Positions 51,510 to 61,912 of a stretch of 64,000 nucleotides of DNA are shown here, piece by piece. Every line of letters begins with the position of its first letter. Positions within the stretch are counted from its first letter, which is position 1. The notes beneath the pieces were generated by a model. That model searched no databases and was not told the DNA's origin. It saw nothing but the letters and a program-made list of their open reading frames with translations. The position numbers and the translations under genes were made by a program. This DNA is from an uncultured Planctomycetia bacterium (lineage in GTDB: Bacteria > Omnitrophota > Gorgyraeia > Velamenicoccales > Velamenicoccaceae), in NCBI GenBank assembly GCA_964501505.1, contig CAZCSY010000001.1, forward strand, positions 4,962-68,961, given 5' to 3'.

Positions 51510-52352
51510 GTGAAAAGAAACATACTTATCGGGGTCGCGGCGGCTGTTGTTTTGATCGTTATCATCGTGGGGATATCTGTGAGGAAGGGATCGCGGCCGG
51601 CAGCGGTCCCCGCGGCGTCGGCCGCGGCGGCGTCGCGGTCCGTCTCAGGCAGCTTTGATATGCTCCTGAAAGAGGCGCAGGGTTTCGCGAAGAAGGGGGA
51701 ATTTTTGGAGGCCCAGCGCATCCTGAAGGATATGCTGCCGCGCTTTGTGGCTGATCCGCGCGTCGAAGAGGTTCAGCAGAGGCTTGAGGCTATCAACATG
51801 CGCGTCCTTGTCTCCGGGTTGATGGTCCCGGGGCTCACGGTGCAGCGCGAGATAGCCGCCGGCGACACGCTGAGCATGATCGCCGACGAGTTCCGTACGA
51901 CCGTCGCCTTTATCAAGAAACAGAACGGATTGAGCTCCGACGTCATCCGGCGCGGGCAGCTTTTGAGGATTTGGACGGGGCGCCTGAGCGTCGTCATCGA
52001 CAAGTCTCAGAATATCCTGATGCTGCGCTCCGACGGTGAACTCATCAAGACCTACCCCGTCTCGACGGGCAAGGACAGCATCACGCCCGTCGGTAGCTTT
52101 ACGATCGTCAACAAACTCCAAAAACCGACCTGGACACATGAGGGGCGCGTCATCCCTTACGGTGACCCGGAGAATGTCCTGGGCACGCGTTGGATGGGAT
52201 TCGACATCCCCGGTTACGGGATCCACGGCACGAGCGAACCCGCAAAGATCGGCCAGCAGACCACGGCCGGCTGCGTGCGGATGCGTAACGAGGACGTCGA
52301 AGAGCTGTACGATCTCCTGCCCGTCAATACCGAAGTTACCATCATGGATTGA
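51510..52352 (+). CDS. L,D-transpeptidase (YkuD) with LysM domain
   Basis: GTG start and TM anchor. LysM ..GDTLSMIADEF..GQLLRI. YkuD ..GIHGT..TAGCVRM. Confidence 0.82.
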   Translation: MKRNILIGVAAAVVLIVIIVGISVRKGSRPAAVPAASAAAASRSVSGSFDMLLKEAQGFAKKGEFLEAQRILKDMLPRFVADPRVEEVQQRLEAINMRVLVSGLMVPGLTVQREIAAGDTLSMIADEFRTTVAFIKKQNGLSSDVIRRGQLLRIWTGRLSVVIDKSQNILMLRSDGELIKTYPVSTGKDSITPVGSFTIVNKLQKPTWTHEGRVIPYGDPENVLGTRWMGFDIPGYGIHGTSEPAKIGQQTTAGCVRMRNEDVEELYDLLPVNTEVTIMD

Positions 52353-52376
52353 GACGCGCGTCTGCGGACCGACTCT

Positions 52377-53339
52377 ATGGTTGCGTTGGATTTCGAAAAG
52401 CCTATCGTCGAGCTTGAGCGCAAGATCAATGAGCTCAAAAAATTCACCTCGGACAAGAACATCGATCTGTCGGGTGAGATCAAGCGCTTGGAAGACAAGC
52501 TCGACCACCTGCGCAAGGATATCTACGGCAAGCTCACGGCCTGGCAGCGCGTCCAGATCTCCCGGCACCCCCACCGCCCCTACACCCTCGATTACATTCA
52601 ATTGCTGCTTAAGGACTTCGTCGAGTTACACGGCGATCGGGCCTTTCGCGACGACCGGGCCATCATCACGGGGCTCGGCCGGCTGGACGGCCAGAAGCTC
52701 ATCGTGATCGGCCACCAGAAGGGCCGCGATACGAAGGAGAATCTCCTGCGGACCTTCGGCTGCGCGCATCCCGAAGGGTACCGCAAGGCCTTGCGGGTGA
52801 TGCAGATGGCCGAGAAGTTCGGTCTGCCGATCCTGATCTTCATCGACACGCCGGGCGCCTATCCCGGCATCGGCGCCGAGGAGCGCGGCCAGGCGCAGAT
52901 CATCGCGGAGAACCTGATGAAGATGTCCGGCATCGCCACGCCCATGGTGGCCGTCGTCATCGGCGAAGGGGGCAGCGGGGGGGCTCTGGGTATCGGGGTG
53001 GCGGACCGTATCTGCGTATTGGAGAATGCGTATTACTCGGTGATCTCGCCGGAGGGCTGCGCGGCGATCCTGTGGAAGAACAGCGCCAAGGCGCCTGACG
53101 CGGCCCGCGCGCTCAAGCTCGAGGCGCAGGACCTGCTGCGGTTCAAGGTGATCGACGAGATTATCAAGGAGCCCATGGGCGGCGCGCACGTGAATCCGGA
53201 AGAGGCGGCAAGGCACATCAAGGCGGCCGTCAAGAGACACCTTATTGAGCTTATGAAGGTGCCGCAGGACGAACTGGTCAGCCGACGCTACGAGAAGTTT
53301 CGCGCCATGGGTGTTTTCGAACAAGCCAATGAAGATTGA
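52377..53339 (+). CDS. accA: acetyl-CoA carboxylase carboxyltransferase alpha subunit
   Basis: ..[39 protein letters not shown].. Confidence 0.92.
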   Translation: MVALDFEKPIVELERKINELKKFTSDKNIDLSGEIKRLEDKLDHLRKDIYGKLTAWQRVQISRHPHRPYTLDYIQLLLKDFVELHGDRAFRDDRAIITGLGRLDGQKLIVIGHQKGRDTKENLLRTFGCAHPEGYRKALRVMQMAEKFGLPILIFIDTPGAYPGIGAEERGQAQIIAENLMKMSGIATPMVAVVIGEGGSGGALGIGVADRICVLENAYYSVISPEGCAAILWKNSAKAPDAARALKLEAQDLLRFKVIDEIIKEPMGGAHVNPEEAARHIKAAVKRHLIELMKVPQDELVSRRYEKFRAMGVFEQANED

Positions 53340-53889
53340 ACAGGAACTGATCATCCTGGGGTTGCTCAAGGATCAGCCGCGCCACGGCTACGAGATCAAG
53401 AAGCAGATCAAGAAGGTGATCAGTACCTTTGCGGTCCTCGAGGTCGAGTCCACGTATTACTCGTTGAACCTCCTTGAAAAGAAGGGATATGTCAACAAGG
53501 GCGTGCGCTCCGGCGGCAAGCGTCCGGAGAAATTCGTCTACAGCTTGACGCCGAAAGGGGACCAGCGTTTTCGGCAATTGCTGACCAAGAGCCTCATCGC
53601 CGCCGAACGGCCGAATTTCTGCTTCGATATCGCGCTTTATTTTCTGCCGTACCTGCCGCGCGACGTGGCCTTGCGCCGTCTTAAAGGGCGCGCCCGGGTC
53701 CTCGCCAAAGTGGAGGAGGCGCTGAAGGGGCTGGGCAGCCGTTTGGCCAACCAGTCTTCCTATCACCTCAAGTCGATCGTGGACCATAATCTTGAGCTTC
53801 TGCAAGCAGAGAAGAGGTTCATCCAGACAGTTAGCTCAGAGCTCGCCAACGAGAAGATTTCTCTTCCTGAATGGCCGCAAAAGACCTAA
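53329..53889 (+). CDS. PadR-family transcriptional regulator
   Basis: ..[34 protein letters not shown]... Confidence 0.8.
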   Translation: MKIEQELIILGLLKDQPRHGYEIKKQIKKVISTFAVLEVESTYYSLNLLEKKGYVNKGVRSGGKRPEKFVYSLTPKGDQRFRQLLTKSLIAAERPNFCFDIALYFLPYLPRDVALRRLKGRARVLAKVEEALKGLGSRLANQSSYHLKSIVDHNLELLQAEKRFIQTVSSELANEKISLPEWPQKT

Positions 53890-53952
53890 CCTCCTCATTT
53901 CAAAAAGGTTAATTATGTCAAAAATATGGTGAATTCGGAGTGAATTAATTCC

Positions 53953-53981
53953 TTGACATATTAAAAATTGAATAGTAAAAT
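53953..53981 (+). promoter_or_regulatory. near-consensus sigma70 promoter in an AT-rich spacer
   Basis: TTGACA (53953-53958), 17 nt, TAAAAT (53976-53981). Confidence 0.5.
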
Positions 53982-54090
53982 TTTACTAATTTATCGAGTC
54001 TCGCTCGTGCCAGCTTGACGAGATCCCTTTGGGGCTGATTTATGCGTCCTGCAGGAATCACCTGTACTTTACCTAATTAAAAGGTGACAC

Positions 54091-55614
54091 ATGAAGTTTG
54101 ACGTGCGGCGGCTGTTGACAGGACACGCCAAGAAGTTCGGTCAAAAGCCGGCCATCATCTTTCAGGATGAGCCCGTCACCTTTTCTCAGTTGGCGGATAC
54201 CGTCTTTCGTCTGGCCAACGGCCTCCTTGCGCGTGGCATCAAAAAGGGCGACAGGGTCGCGGTGTACCTGCCGAACTGTCCGCAATACCTGTATTCCTAT
54301 CTGGCGCTCTTTTCCATAGGCGCGACGGTCGTGCCGCTGGATTTCATGCTGAAGAGCGGTGAGCTCCAGGCGATCCTCGCGCACGCGGACGCGTCGCTGT
54401 TAATCGCGAAGCCCGGGGAGGGGATCTGTCTTGAGACGATCCGTTCCGATGTCGCGACCCTGAAAGACGTCGTTCTGGTCGGCGAGGGGAAAGGGGCGCA
54501 GGGGTCTTTTTCGGATCTCGTGTCCTCGGGTTCGTCCGACGTGCCGAAGGTCGGCATCGTCGAGTCGGACCGCTCCCTGATCCTCTACACGTCGGGCTCG
54601 ACGGGCCGGCCCAAGGGCGTGTGTCTCGACTACAGGCACCTGGACGCCGCGCCGCAGGCCATGGAGTATTTCGTGGATCTGAGCGGCCGCGACGTGAAAC
54701 TCTGCGCCCTGCCGCTCTCGCACGCAGGAGGGCTTGTCTATTTGCAGAACTGCGTTTATTTCGGCATCACGCTCGTCCTGATGGAGCGCTTCAACCCACT
54801 TGAATTTTTGCGGCAGGTCGAGAAGCACGGCGTGACGTGTTTTCACATGGTCCCGTCGATGTACTACGCGCTGCTCCAATTGAAGGAGTTTGAAAAGTAC
54901 AACCTGTCGAGCATCCGGTGGGTCAACGTCTTCGGCGCGCCGAACGCCCCCGAGGCGATCCGCCGCTTCAAGACGTATTGTCCGAACGCGAAGCTCTTGA
55001 ACGGGTGGGGGTTGACGGAGACGAACGCCCCCAATACCGTCATCCCGATGGGGAGCGATAAGATTGAGTCCATCGGCCGGCCGGCGCCATGGATCACGCT
55101 CAGGGTCGTGGATGAGGAGGGCGCGGAGGTGCCGAAGGGCGGGGTCGGCGAGCTGACGATCAAGAGCTGGGTCGTCATGGAAGGTTATTACAAGGACCCC
55201 GAAATGACGAAAGAGGTCCTGCGCGACGGCTGGTTCCATACCGGGGACCTCGCGCGTTGCGACGAGGAGGGGTTCTATTATATCGTGGGCCGCAAAAAGG
55301 ACATGATCAAGGTCTCGGGCCAATTGGTCTTTCCGAACGAGATCGAAGAGGCGATCCACAAACACCCGGTCGTCAAGGAGGTCGCGGTGGTGGGCGTGCC
55401 GGACGCCCTGCGCGGGGAGACGATCAAGGCGTTTATCGTCGCGAAAGAGGGCGCCCGCGTCGAAGAACAGGATATCAAGCAGTTTTGCCGTCAGCACCTG
55501 GCGCGCTTCAAGCTGCCGCAGTTCGTCGCGGTGGTGGAGGCGTTGCCCAAGACCCGCACCGGCAAGGTGGACAAGAGCGCGTTGAGGCAGGCACCGGCCG
55601 GCGAGGCGGGGTAG
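54091..55614 (+). CDS. AMP-forming acyl-CoA synthetase / ligase
   Basis: LILYTSGSTGRPKGV, ..TGDL..YYIVGRKKDMIK and a C-terminal ..PKTRTGKVDK. Confidence 0.88.
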   Translation: MKFDVRRLLTGHAKKFGQKPAIIFQDEPVTFSQLADTVFRLANGLLARGIKKGDRVAVYLPNCPQYLYSYLALFSIGATVVPLDFMLKSGELQAILAHADASLLIAKPGEGICLETIRSDVATLKDVVLVGEGKGAQGSFSDLVSSGSSDVPKVGIVESDRSLILYTSGSTGRPKGVCLDYRHLDAAPQAMEYFVDLSGRDVKLCALPLSHAGGLVYLQNCVYFGITLVLMERFNPLEFLRQVEKHGVTCFHMVPSMYYALLQLKEFEKYNLSSIRWVNVFGAPNAPEAIRRFKTYCPNAKLLNGWGLTETNAPNTVIPMGSDKIESIGRPAPWITLRVVDEEGAEVPKGGVGELTIKSWVVMEGYYKDPEMTKEVLRDGWFHTGDLARCDEEGFYYIVGRKKDMIKVSGQLVFPNEIEEAIHKHPVVKEVAVVGVPDALRGETIKAFIVAKEGARVEEQDIKQFCRQHLARFKLPQFVAVVEALPKTRTGKVDKSALRQAPAGEAG

Positions 55615-55645
55615 GCGTCATCAACCCGATACCAAGGAGTTCCTG

Positions 55646-56407
55646 ATGCAGATGAAAAAAGACGTTCACATGACGGGGCAGGATCTGCTGGGCATGGTGC
55701 AGGTTCGGCCCGGCGACTTCGGCAAGATCGCCATCATCCCCGGGACCACGGAGCGCCGCGACGCCCTCCTGAGCTTTCTCGAAAAGCCGGTGAAGAGCTT
55801 CTCGTTTTTCGAGTACTCCATGTTCACCGGGACGTACAAGGGCGTCAAGATCGCCGTCGGCAACGGCGGCCGTTTTTCGCCGGACTCGGCCATCATCGCC
55901 GAAATCCTGTGCGCGGGCAAGGTCGAAATGATCATTCGCGCGGGGTCGTGCGGGGCGCTCGACGAGAAGATCAGGATCGGCGACATCGTGCTCGCCACCG
56001 GGTCGGTGCGCGGGGACGGGGTGACACCGTACTATGTGGATAAGGATTTCAAGACCGTCTGCGACGCCGAGGTGACGGCGGCCCTGGAGAAGGCCGCGGC
56101 GGCCGACGGCGTGACGGTGCATAAGGGCGGCATGTGGACGACGGACGCGCTCCTGCGTGAGACCCGCGAGGTGGTCGAGGCCGCCCGCAAGGAGGGGGCC
56201 ATCGCGGTCGATATGGTCTCCAGCGCCCTGTTGACGATCGCCCAACTGAATAAGGTGAAGGCCGCCTCCATCTCGGCGGTCAGCGACAACCTGATCACGG
56301 GCGAGCTCGGCTTCATGAACCCCGACTACTACGAGGCCGAGATGAAGGTTGTGAATATCTGTCTGGAAGCGGCGAAGGCCTTGGCCAAGGCCCCTGAGCG
56401 CGCATGA
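55646..56407 (+). CDS. nucleoside phosphorylase (PNP/UDP_1 family)
   Basis: ..VGNGGRFSPDSAIIAEIL..IIRAGSCGAL..IGDIV..AVDMVSSAL..SAVSDN.. Confidence 0.75.
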   Translation: MQMKKDVHMTGQDLLGMVQVRPGDFGKIAIIPGTTERRDALLSFLEKPVKSFSFFEYSMFTGTYKGVKIAVGNGGRFSPDSAIIAEILCAGKVEMIIRAGSCGALDEKIRIGDIVLATGSVRGDGVTPYYVDKDFKTVCDAEVTAALEKAAAADGVTVHKGGMWTTDALLRETREVVEAARKEGAIAVDMVSSALLTIAQLNKVKAASISAVSDNLITGELGFMNPDYYEAEMKVVNICLEAAKALAKAPERA

Positions 56408-57417
56408 AGGAATCCGTTCTCTTCTGGCCCGCGCGGCTGGAGGGCGAGACTCTTTATATACTTGACGAGACGAAGATCCCGGAGGAGGTCGTCTATCTGA
56501 GGGTCCGGGATTACCGGCAGGCCGTGGACGCGGTCGTCGCAATGAAGACGCGCGCCTTCGGTCAGTTTCTGACCGTGGTCTGTTCCTTTATCCTTGAGGT
56601 GCGCAAGGCCAGGAGCGCCTCGCCGCAGGTCCTGATGCTGCTTTTTGAGAAGATCGCCGACGCCTTTAACAAGAGCCGTCCCACCTTTCCCTTCGAAGAG
56701 GTGACGGGGATGATTCTTGGGATGGCGCGGGGGATCGGCGACGGGCCGAACTTTCGCACGGTCCTCTTGCGGTCGCTCGAGGGCATGCTCGACGTCATCC
56801 GGCGCCAGCGCATCGGTCGCGCCGAGGCCGCCGCCCGGCTCCTTTCAAGCGGGGACCGCATCCTGACGCACTGCCACGTGAGCGGGGAGATGGCGCTGAT
56901 CGGCGCGATCTGCCGCCGGCAAAAAAAACGCGTCAAATTTTTCGCCACGGAGACGCGGCCATACCTTCAGGGCGCGCGCCTGACGGCCTGGGAGTTGAAA
57001 CGGGCCGGATGCGACGTGACGCTCATCCCCGATAACGCCGTCGCCAAGGTTATGGCCGAAAAAAGGGTCTCCTGCGTCCTGGTGGGGTCGGACCGCTCGG
57101 CGAAAAACGGCGACTTCGCCAACAAGGTGGGCACGTACCAGATCGCACTCCTTGCGCGGCACTTCAATATTCCTTTTTACGCCCTGGTCCAGCCTTCGGA
57201 GCGCCTGGCGAGCGGTCGGGATATCCCGATCGAGGTGCGCGCGGACGACGAGATACTGATATTTGAGGGCCGCCGGCTCGGCGATAAGAAGCTACAGGCG
57301 TATTACCCGGGTTTCGACGTCGTGCCCGCGCGGCTCGTGACACAACATATTGCCATTCATCCCCCCACGGGGGATTCCGCCCGGGAGGGCAATAAGCGGG
57401 GGCTCCATGCACGTTAG
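56404..57417 (+). CDS. mtnA: eIF-2B-family isomerase, MtnA-like (5-(methylthio/deoxy)ribose-1-phosphate isomerase)
   Basis: ..ILTHCHVSG..ATETRPYLQGARLTAWEL..LVGSDRSAKNGDFANKVGTYQIA... The N-terminal half is divergent. Confidence 0.65.
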   Translation: MKESVLFWPARLEGETLYILDETKIPEEVVYLRVRDYRQAVDAVVAMKTRAFGQFLTVVCSFILEVRKARSASPQVLMLLFEKIADAFNKSRPTFPFEEVTGMILGMARGIGDGPNFRTVLLRSLEGMLDVIRRQRIGRAEAAARLLSSGDRILTHCHVSGEMALIGAICRRQKKRVKFFATETRPYLQGARLTAWELKRAGCDVTLIPDNAVAKVMAEKRVSCVLVGSDRSAKNGDFANKVGTYQIALLARHFNIPFYALVQPSERLASGRDIPIEVRADDEILIFEGRRLGDKKLQAYYPGFDVVPARLVTQHIAIHPPTGDSAREGNKRGLHAR

Positions 57418-57856
57418 TCAGCCGATGCCTCTCATCTTCGGGGTGCCGCACAAGGCCTTCTACAAAAATTTCAAAGCCGCCTCGGTCTTTGTGACGGAGC
57501 TGCGGCCGGGCCTGGAGGGTATCAAGGTCGTCGCCAGGGAACTCCTGCGGCGCGACATCCAGCCGGTCGTGATCTGCGACGGCATGATGGCGCATTGCAT
57601 GGAGCGGGGTCTGGTCAGGGCCGTGCACATTTTTTATGACCGGTTGTCGAAGAAGAAGGCCGTCTGCCGGACGGGCTCGCTCATCGCAGCGATCTGCGCG
57701 CTCAAGCATCATATCCCGATCCACCTGCACCGCGGCCGGCCGGGGCGCAAAAAGACGTCTCTGTTGAAGATGGACGGCCGCAAGGTCACGGCGCAGAACA
57801 TCAAGACGTACGTGCCCCCGTCGGAAGACGTGCCGCTTGTTTATATAAAGGGGTGA
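57407..57856 (+). CDS. half-size eIF-2B/MtnA-like paralogue (149 aa)
   Basis: VFVTELRPGLEGIKVVARELLRRDIQPVVICDGMM..FYDRL..CRTGS parallels the C-terminal half of the preceding protein. It overlaps that gene's stop. Confidence 0.5.
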   Translation: MHVSQPMPLIFGVPHKAFYKNFKAASVFVTELRPGLEGIKVVARELLRRDIQPVVICDGMMAHCMERGLVRAVHIFYDRLSKKKAVCRTGSLIAAICALKHHIPIHLHRGRPGRKKTSLLKMDGRKVTAQNIKTYVPPSEDVPLVYIKG

Positions 57857-57859
57857 GGG

Positions 57860-58858
57860 ATGAATAAGGACAAGCAGGAATTGATTACCGTCGGCCGCTG
57901 GATCTGGGAGAAGGACCTCTCCGGCGGGCTTTCGGGAAATTTGAGCGTGCGGGTGAGCGACAGGGAGCTTCTCATCACCGGCCACGGGACGTGTCTGGGG
58001 GATCTGAAGGAGGCCGATATCGGCCTCATCGATGTGGACGGTCATCCCCGGGACAAGGGTTTTGTGCCGTCTTCGGAGAAACCCTTTCACACGAGCGTCT
58101 ATAAGAATCTGGAGGCGTGGGCGGTGGTGCATGTCCACCCGACGCACGCGAACGGGTACTTTGCCGCGCACGATCATCTCGTGTGCGATACCTTTGAGAC
58201 GCGCCTGACGCTGGGTGCGGTGCCTGTCGTGGACCAGAAGACGCCGACGATCACGGATATCGCACCGGTGATCGAGGCGCTCAGGAATTCCAACATCGTG
58301 GTGCTTCGGCACCACGGCGTGGTCGCGATCGGCGAGACGCTGCGGGAGGCCTTCTTCCTGGCACAGGTCCTGGAAGAGGCCGTGCGGATCGCCGTGATCA
58401 AGGATCTTTACACCTCGGGGGGCGGGAGGCCGCAGGCTTCAGGGAGAGGTGAAGAGGCCCCTGCTGCGGCAGGCGCCAAGACCTATAAGATATTTTCTCC
58501 CGAGCAGATCGAGGCGATCGTGCACTGTGTCAACGCTGACGCGAAGTTCAGGGACCTTGCGACCCAGGCGGCCCTGGAGACCAGGCTCGCCGTCGTCATG
58601 GACGAGACCCAGGACGTCTACTGTTTCCATTTTTCAGAAGGGCGCATCAAGGATTTCACGCGCAGCCTCGACGACGCCGAGTTCGTGATCTCGGGCAAGG
58701 CCGACCACTGGCGCGCCATCTTCAAGCGCCAGCTCGATCCGTTCGCGGCCACGACCCAGAAGAAGCTCAAGCTCAAGGGCGACTTTGCCAAGATCTCCCG
58801 CTGGTACGTGCCGTTCAACAGGCTCTTCGAGCTGTGGACCGCTGCGCCGGTAGAATGA
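57860..58858 (+). CDS. class II aldolase/adducin-domain protein fused to an SCP2-like domain
   Basis: ..GGLSGNLSVR..SSEKPFHTSVY..VVHVHPTHA.. forms the N-domain. C-terminal ..QKKLKLKGDFAKISRW.. is SCP2-like. Confidence 0.7.
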   Translation: MNKDKQELITVGRWIWEKDLSGGLSGNLSVRVSDRELLITGHGTCLGDLKEADIGLIDVDGHPRDKGFVPSSEKPFHTSVYKNLEAWAVVHVHPTHANGYFAAHDHLVCDTFETRLTLGAVPVVDQKTPTITDIAPVIEALRNSNIVVLRHHGVVAIGETLREAFFLAQVLEEAVRIAVIKDLYTSGGGRPQASGRGEEAPAAAGAKTYKIFSPEQIEAIVHCVNADAKFRDLATQAALETRLAVVMDETQDVYCFHFSEGRIKDFTRSLDDAEFVISGKADHWRAIFKRQLDPFAATTQKKLKLKGDFAKISRWYVPFNRLFELWTAAPVE

Positions 58859-58940
58859 GCCGACGCGTTGCCCGGCGGGTGGCCGAGGCGGCCCGGCTAA
58901 AGGCCTTTTTCCTTTAAGCGCCGGTCGGAGGAATGACGAC

Positions 58941-60419
58941 ATGGAACAATACAAGATGTACATAGACGGGAAGTTTTGCGGGGCTGAGGGCGGCGCCGTC
59001 GCGGAGAGCATCAACCCGGCGACGGAAACGAAGATCGCGCCCTTCCCGCGCGCCTCGGCCAAGGACATGGAGAGGGCTATCCAGGCGGCCCGCAGGGCCT
59101 TTGACGAAGGGGCCTGGCCGCGCATGAGCCTGAACGAGCGGGCGGCGTATCTCGTGCGCATCGCCGGCGAGATCCGCGAATCGGCCTTTGAGATGGCGCG
59201 CGTCGAGACGCTCGATACGGGCAAGACGACCAAGCAGACGACCTTTATCGATATTCCGGTCGCGGCCAACGCCTATGAGTATTTTTCCGGGGCCGCCGGC
59301 GAGATCAAGGGCGAGACGATTTCGGTCCCGGCGCCGGCGATGAGCTACACCTTACGGGAGGCGGTGGGCGTGGTGGGCGCGATCATCCCGTGGAATTATC
59401 CCTTTCTGATGGCGGCCTGGAAGATCGCCTCCAGTATCATATTAGGTAACACGGTCGTGCTCAAGCCTTCTCAGGAGGCGTCGTTGAGTTGTCTGGAGCT
59501 GACCAGGATTTTCGACAAGGTGGAGCTGCCGCCCGGCGTGGTGAATGTCGTGACCGGACAGGGTTCGGTCCTGGGCCCGTATCTGTCAGAGTCGATGGCC
59601 GTCGACATGATTACCTTTACGGGCTCGACCGAGGTGGGCCGCGGCGTGATGCGCGCGGCGGCGTCGAACCTCAAGAAGCTGACGCTCGAACTGGGGGGCA
59701 AGTCCCCCAATATCGTCTTGGCCGACGCCGACCTGGAGGCGGCGGCCGGCGGGGCGCTGTGCGCGATCTTCATGAACCAGGGCCAGATGTGCGTGGCGGG
59801 ATCGCGCCTCATCGTCGAAGAGAAGATCTACGACACGTTCCTCGAGATGATCGTGACGAAGACCAAAAAGCTTAACATAGGCGATCCGCAGGATCCCGCG
59901 ACGGATATCGGGCCGCTCATCAGCGCCAGGCAGAAGAAATCAGTGCTGGAATACATCGCCGTGGGGCGCAGGGAGGGACGGCTCGTGGCCGGCGGCGGGG
60001 TACCCAAAGATCTGGCCAAAGGTTACTATGTCGAGCCGACGGTCTTCACCGACGTTGACAATAGCGCCCGCATCGCGCGCGAGGAGATCTTCGGTCCTGT
60101 CCTGTGCGTCCTGAAGGCCAGGGACGCACAGGAGGCGCTGCGTATCGCCAATGACACGGATTACGGGTTGGCGGGGATGGTGTGGACCAAGGACATGGCC
60201 CGCGCAACGACGATCGCCCGGGGGTTGCGCTGCGGCACCGTCTGGGTCAACACGTATGGTGGATTTTATAACGAGGCGCCCTTCGGCGGCTACAAGCAGA
60301 GCGGTTTCGGCCGGGAGCTCGGCCGCGAGGGGTTGTCGGAGCTGACGCAGGTCAAGCACGTCAATGTGGACTTGACACCCGGCGGCCGCAGCCTCGTGAC
60401 GTCCTGGTTCAACGTCTGA
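58941..60419 (+). CDS. NAD(P)-dependent aldehyde dehydrogenase
   Basis: ..PWNYP.., ..TLELGGKSPNIV.. and ..NQGQMCVAGSR.. (catalytic Cys). Confidence 0.9.
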   Translation: MEQYKMYIDGKFCGAEGGAVAESINPATETKIAPFPRASAKDMERAIQAARRAFDEGAWPRMSLNERAAYLVRIAGEIRESAFEMARVETLDTGKTTKQTTFIDIPVAANAYEYFSGAAGEIKGETISVPAPAMSYTLREAVGVVGAIIPWNYPFLMAAWKIASSIILGNTVVLKPSQEASLSCLELTRIFDKVELPPGVVNVVTGQGSVLGPYLSESMAVDMITFTGSTEVGRGVMRAAASNLKKLTLELGGKSPNIVLADADLEAAAGGALCAIFMNQGQMCVAGSRLIVEEKIYDTFLEMIVTKTKKLNIGDPQDPATDIGPLISARQKKSVLEYIAVGRREGRLVAGGGVPKDLAKGYYVEPTVFTDVDNSARIAREEIFGPVLCVLKARDAQEALRIANDTDYGLAGMVWTKDMARATTIARGLRCGTVWVNTYGGFYNEAPFGGYKQSGFGRELGREGLSELTQVKHVNVDLTPGGRSLVTSWFNV

Positions 60420-60442
60420 GACTTTAGGCAAGGGAGTCGTTT

Positions 60443-61912
60443 ATGAAAAAGGTCCTGTTCATCATGCCGCCCATCGGCGGGTGGGCGACCCACGGCGTCA
60501 ACAAGGCGGCGAACCAGTATTACGCGCAGCTGGCGGCCTATATCCGCGAGAAAGGGGTCGGCCGGCCCGTGGTTCTGGACGCGCGCGCCCTCGATCTGAC
60601 CTATGACGATATCAGGGCGAGGGTCAACGAGATTCAGCCGGACCTTGTGGTCCTGGGGGACATCCTGCACTCGACCGGGGGTCTGGCGGTCATCTGGCAC
60701 TTCAACAAGACCGCCCAACTCGTGAAAGAGGTGAGCCCCAAGACGCTCGTCGCCGTCGGAGGATTGTGGTATTCGGCGCTCTACGAAGAGACCATCCGCA
60801 AACACCCGGCCATCGACTTCGTCCTCATCGGCGAAGGGGAGTTGACGCTCGAGGACCTGTGTCGGGCCCTCGATACGCCGGGCAGGGATTTTTCGAAGAT
60901 CCCCGGGCTGGCGTGCCGCCAGGACGCAAAGGTCGTCGCCGGCCCGCACCGCGAGCTCATCAAGGATATCAACGTCCTGCCGTTGCCGGCGTATGACCTC
61001 TTCCCGATGGAGAAGTACGTCAACCATACCTATTGGACTCATTTTTGCGAACTTTTCACGTCGCGGGGGTGCCCGGGCGGCTGTTCTTTTTGTTATGAGT
61101 GGAGTCAGTATGATCCGCGTTCCCCGAAAGATTTCGTCTCCTGGCGTTCGCGTTCGGCCAGCCGCATTGTCGAGGAGTTGGAGGTCCTGACGAAGAAGTT
61201 CGGGGTCAAGACCGTCGTCTTTCAGGATGATGCCTTCAACGTCAATCCGGAGATGGTCAGGGGCGTGTCTGAGGGGATTCTGGAAAAGGGGATCAGGCTC
61301 AACTGGGTGATCCTCGGCCGCGCCGACGACTGGGAGCGTCAGGAGGACATCATCCCGTTGATGAAGAGAGCGGGCCTTTTCATGGGCTTGGTCGGCGTCG
61401 AGGTCGGCGACGACGCGGACCTCTCGCGCATCGGCAAGGGGGTGACGGTCGCGCAGATCAAAAAGACCATCGATGCCCTGCGCAGGAACGACATCGCCAC
61501 GGTCGGGACCTTCATGATTGGTTTCGAGGACGATGATGAAGCGAAGATCAAGCAGCGCTTTGAGTTCGCGGACAAGGTCGACCCCGACGTCTTCGCCCTC
61601 CAGTTCGTGACGCCCGTGCCCGGCTCGCCGCTGTGGAAGAAATTGGTCAAGGAGCGGCTCTTGGATCCGGAAAAGATCGACCTGATCACGTGGGACTTCC
61701 AGCACCCCGTGGTGCCGACGAAGCACCTCTCGACCGAAGAGGTGGGCCGGCTGGGGTCCTGGTGCATGCGCGAGTTCTTCTCCAGGCCCCACCGCATCCA
61801 CCGGATCATGGCGAGCCGGTATTCGGATCTGGCGAAGCTGTGCGTCAAGGACTTCATGGCGAATATCTCAAAGTTTGAAGCCGCGGCCACGAAAGGCGAT
61901 TTGTATGTCTGA
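60443..61912 (+). CDS. B12-binding-domain radical SAM protein
   Basis: N-terminal cobalamin-binding-like domain, then FTSRGCPGGCSFC. Confidence 0.85.
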   Translation: MKKVLFIMPPIGGWATHGVNKAANQYYAQLAAYIREKGVGRPVVLDARALDLTYDDIRARVNEIQPDLVVLGDILHSTGGLAVIWHFNKTAQLVKEVSPKTLVAVGGLWYSALYEETIRKHPAIDFVLIGEGELTLEDLCRALDTPGRDFSKIPGLACRQDAKVVAGPHRELIKDINVLPLPAYDLFPMEKYVNHTYWTHFCELFTSRGCPGGCSFCYEWSQYDPRSPKDFVSWRSRSASRIVEELEVLTKKFGVKTVVFQDDAFNVNPEMVRGVSEGILEKGIRLNWVILGRADDWERQEDIIPLMKRAGLFMGLVGVEVGDDADLSRIGKGVTVAQIKKTIDALRRNDIATVGTFMIGFEDDDEAKIKQRFEFADKVDPDVFALQFVTPVPGSPLWKKLVKERLLDPEKIDLITWDFQHPVVPTKHLSTEEVGRLGSWCMREFFSRPHRIHRIMASRYSDLAKLCVKDFMANISKFEAAATKGDLYV

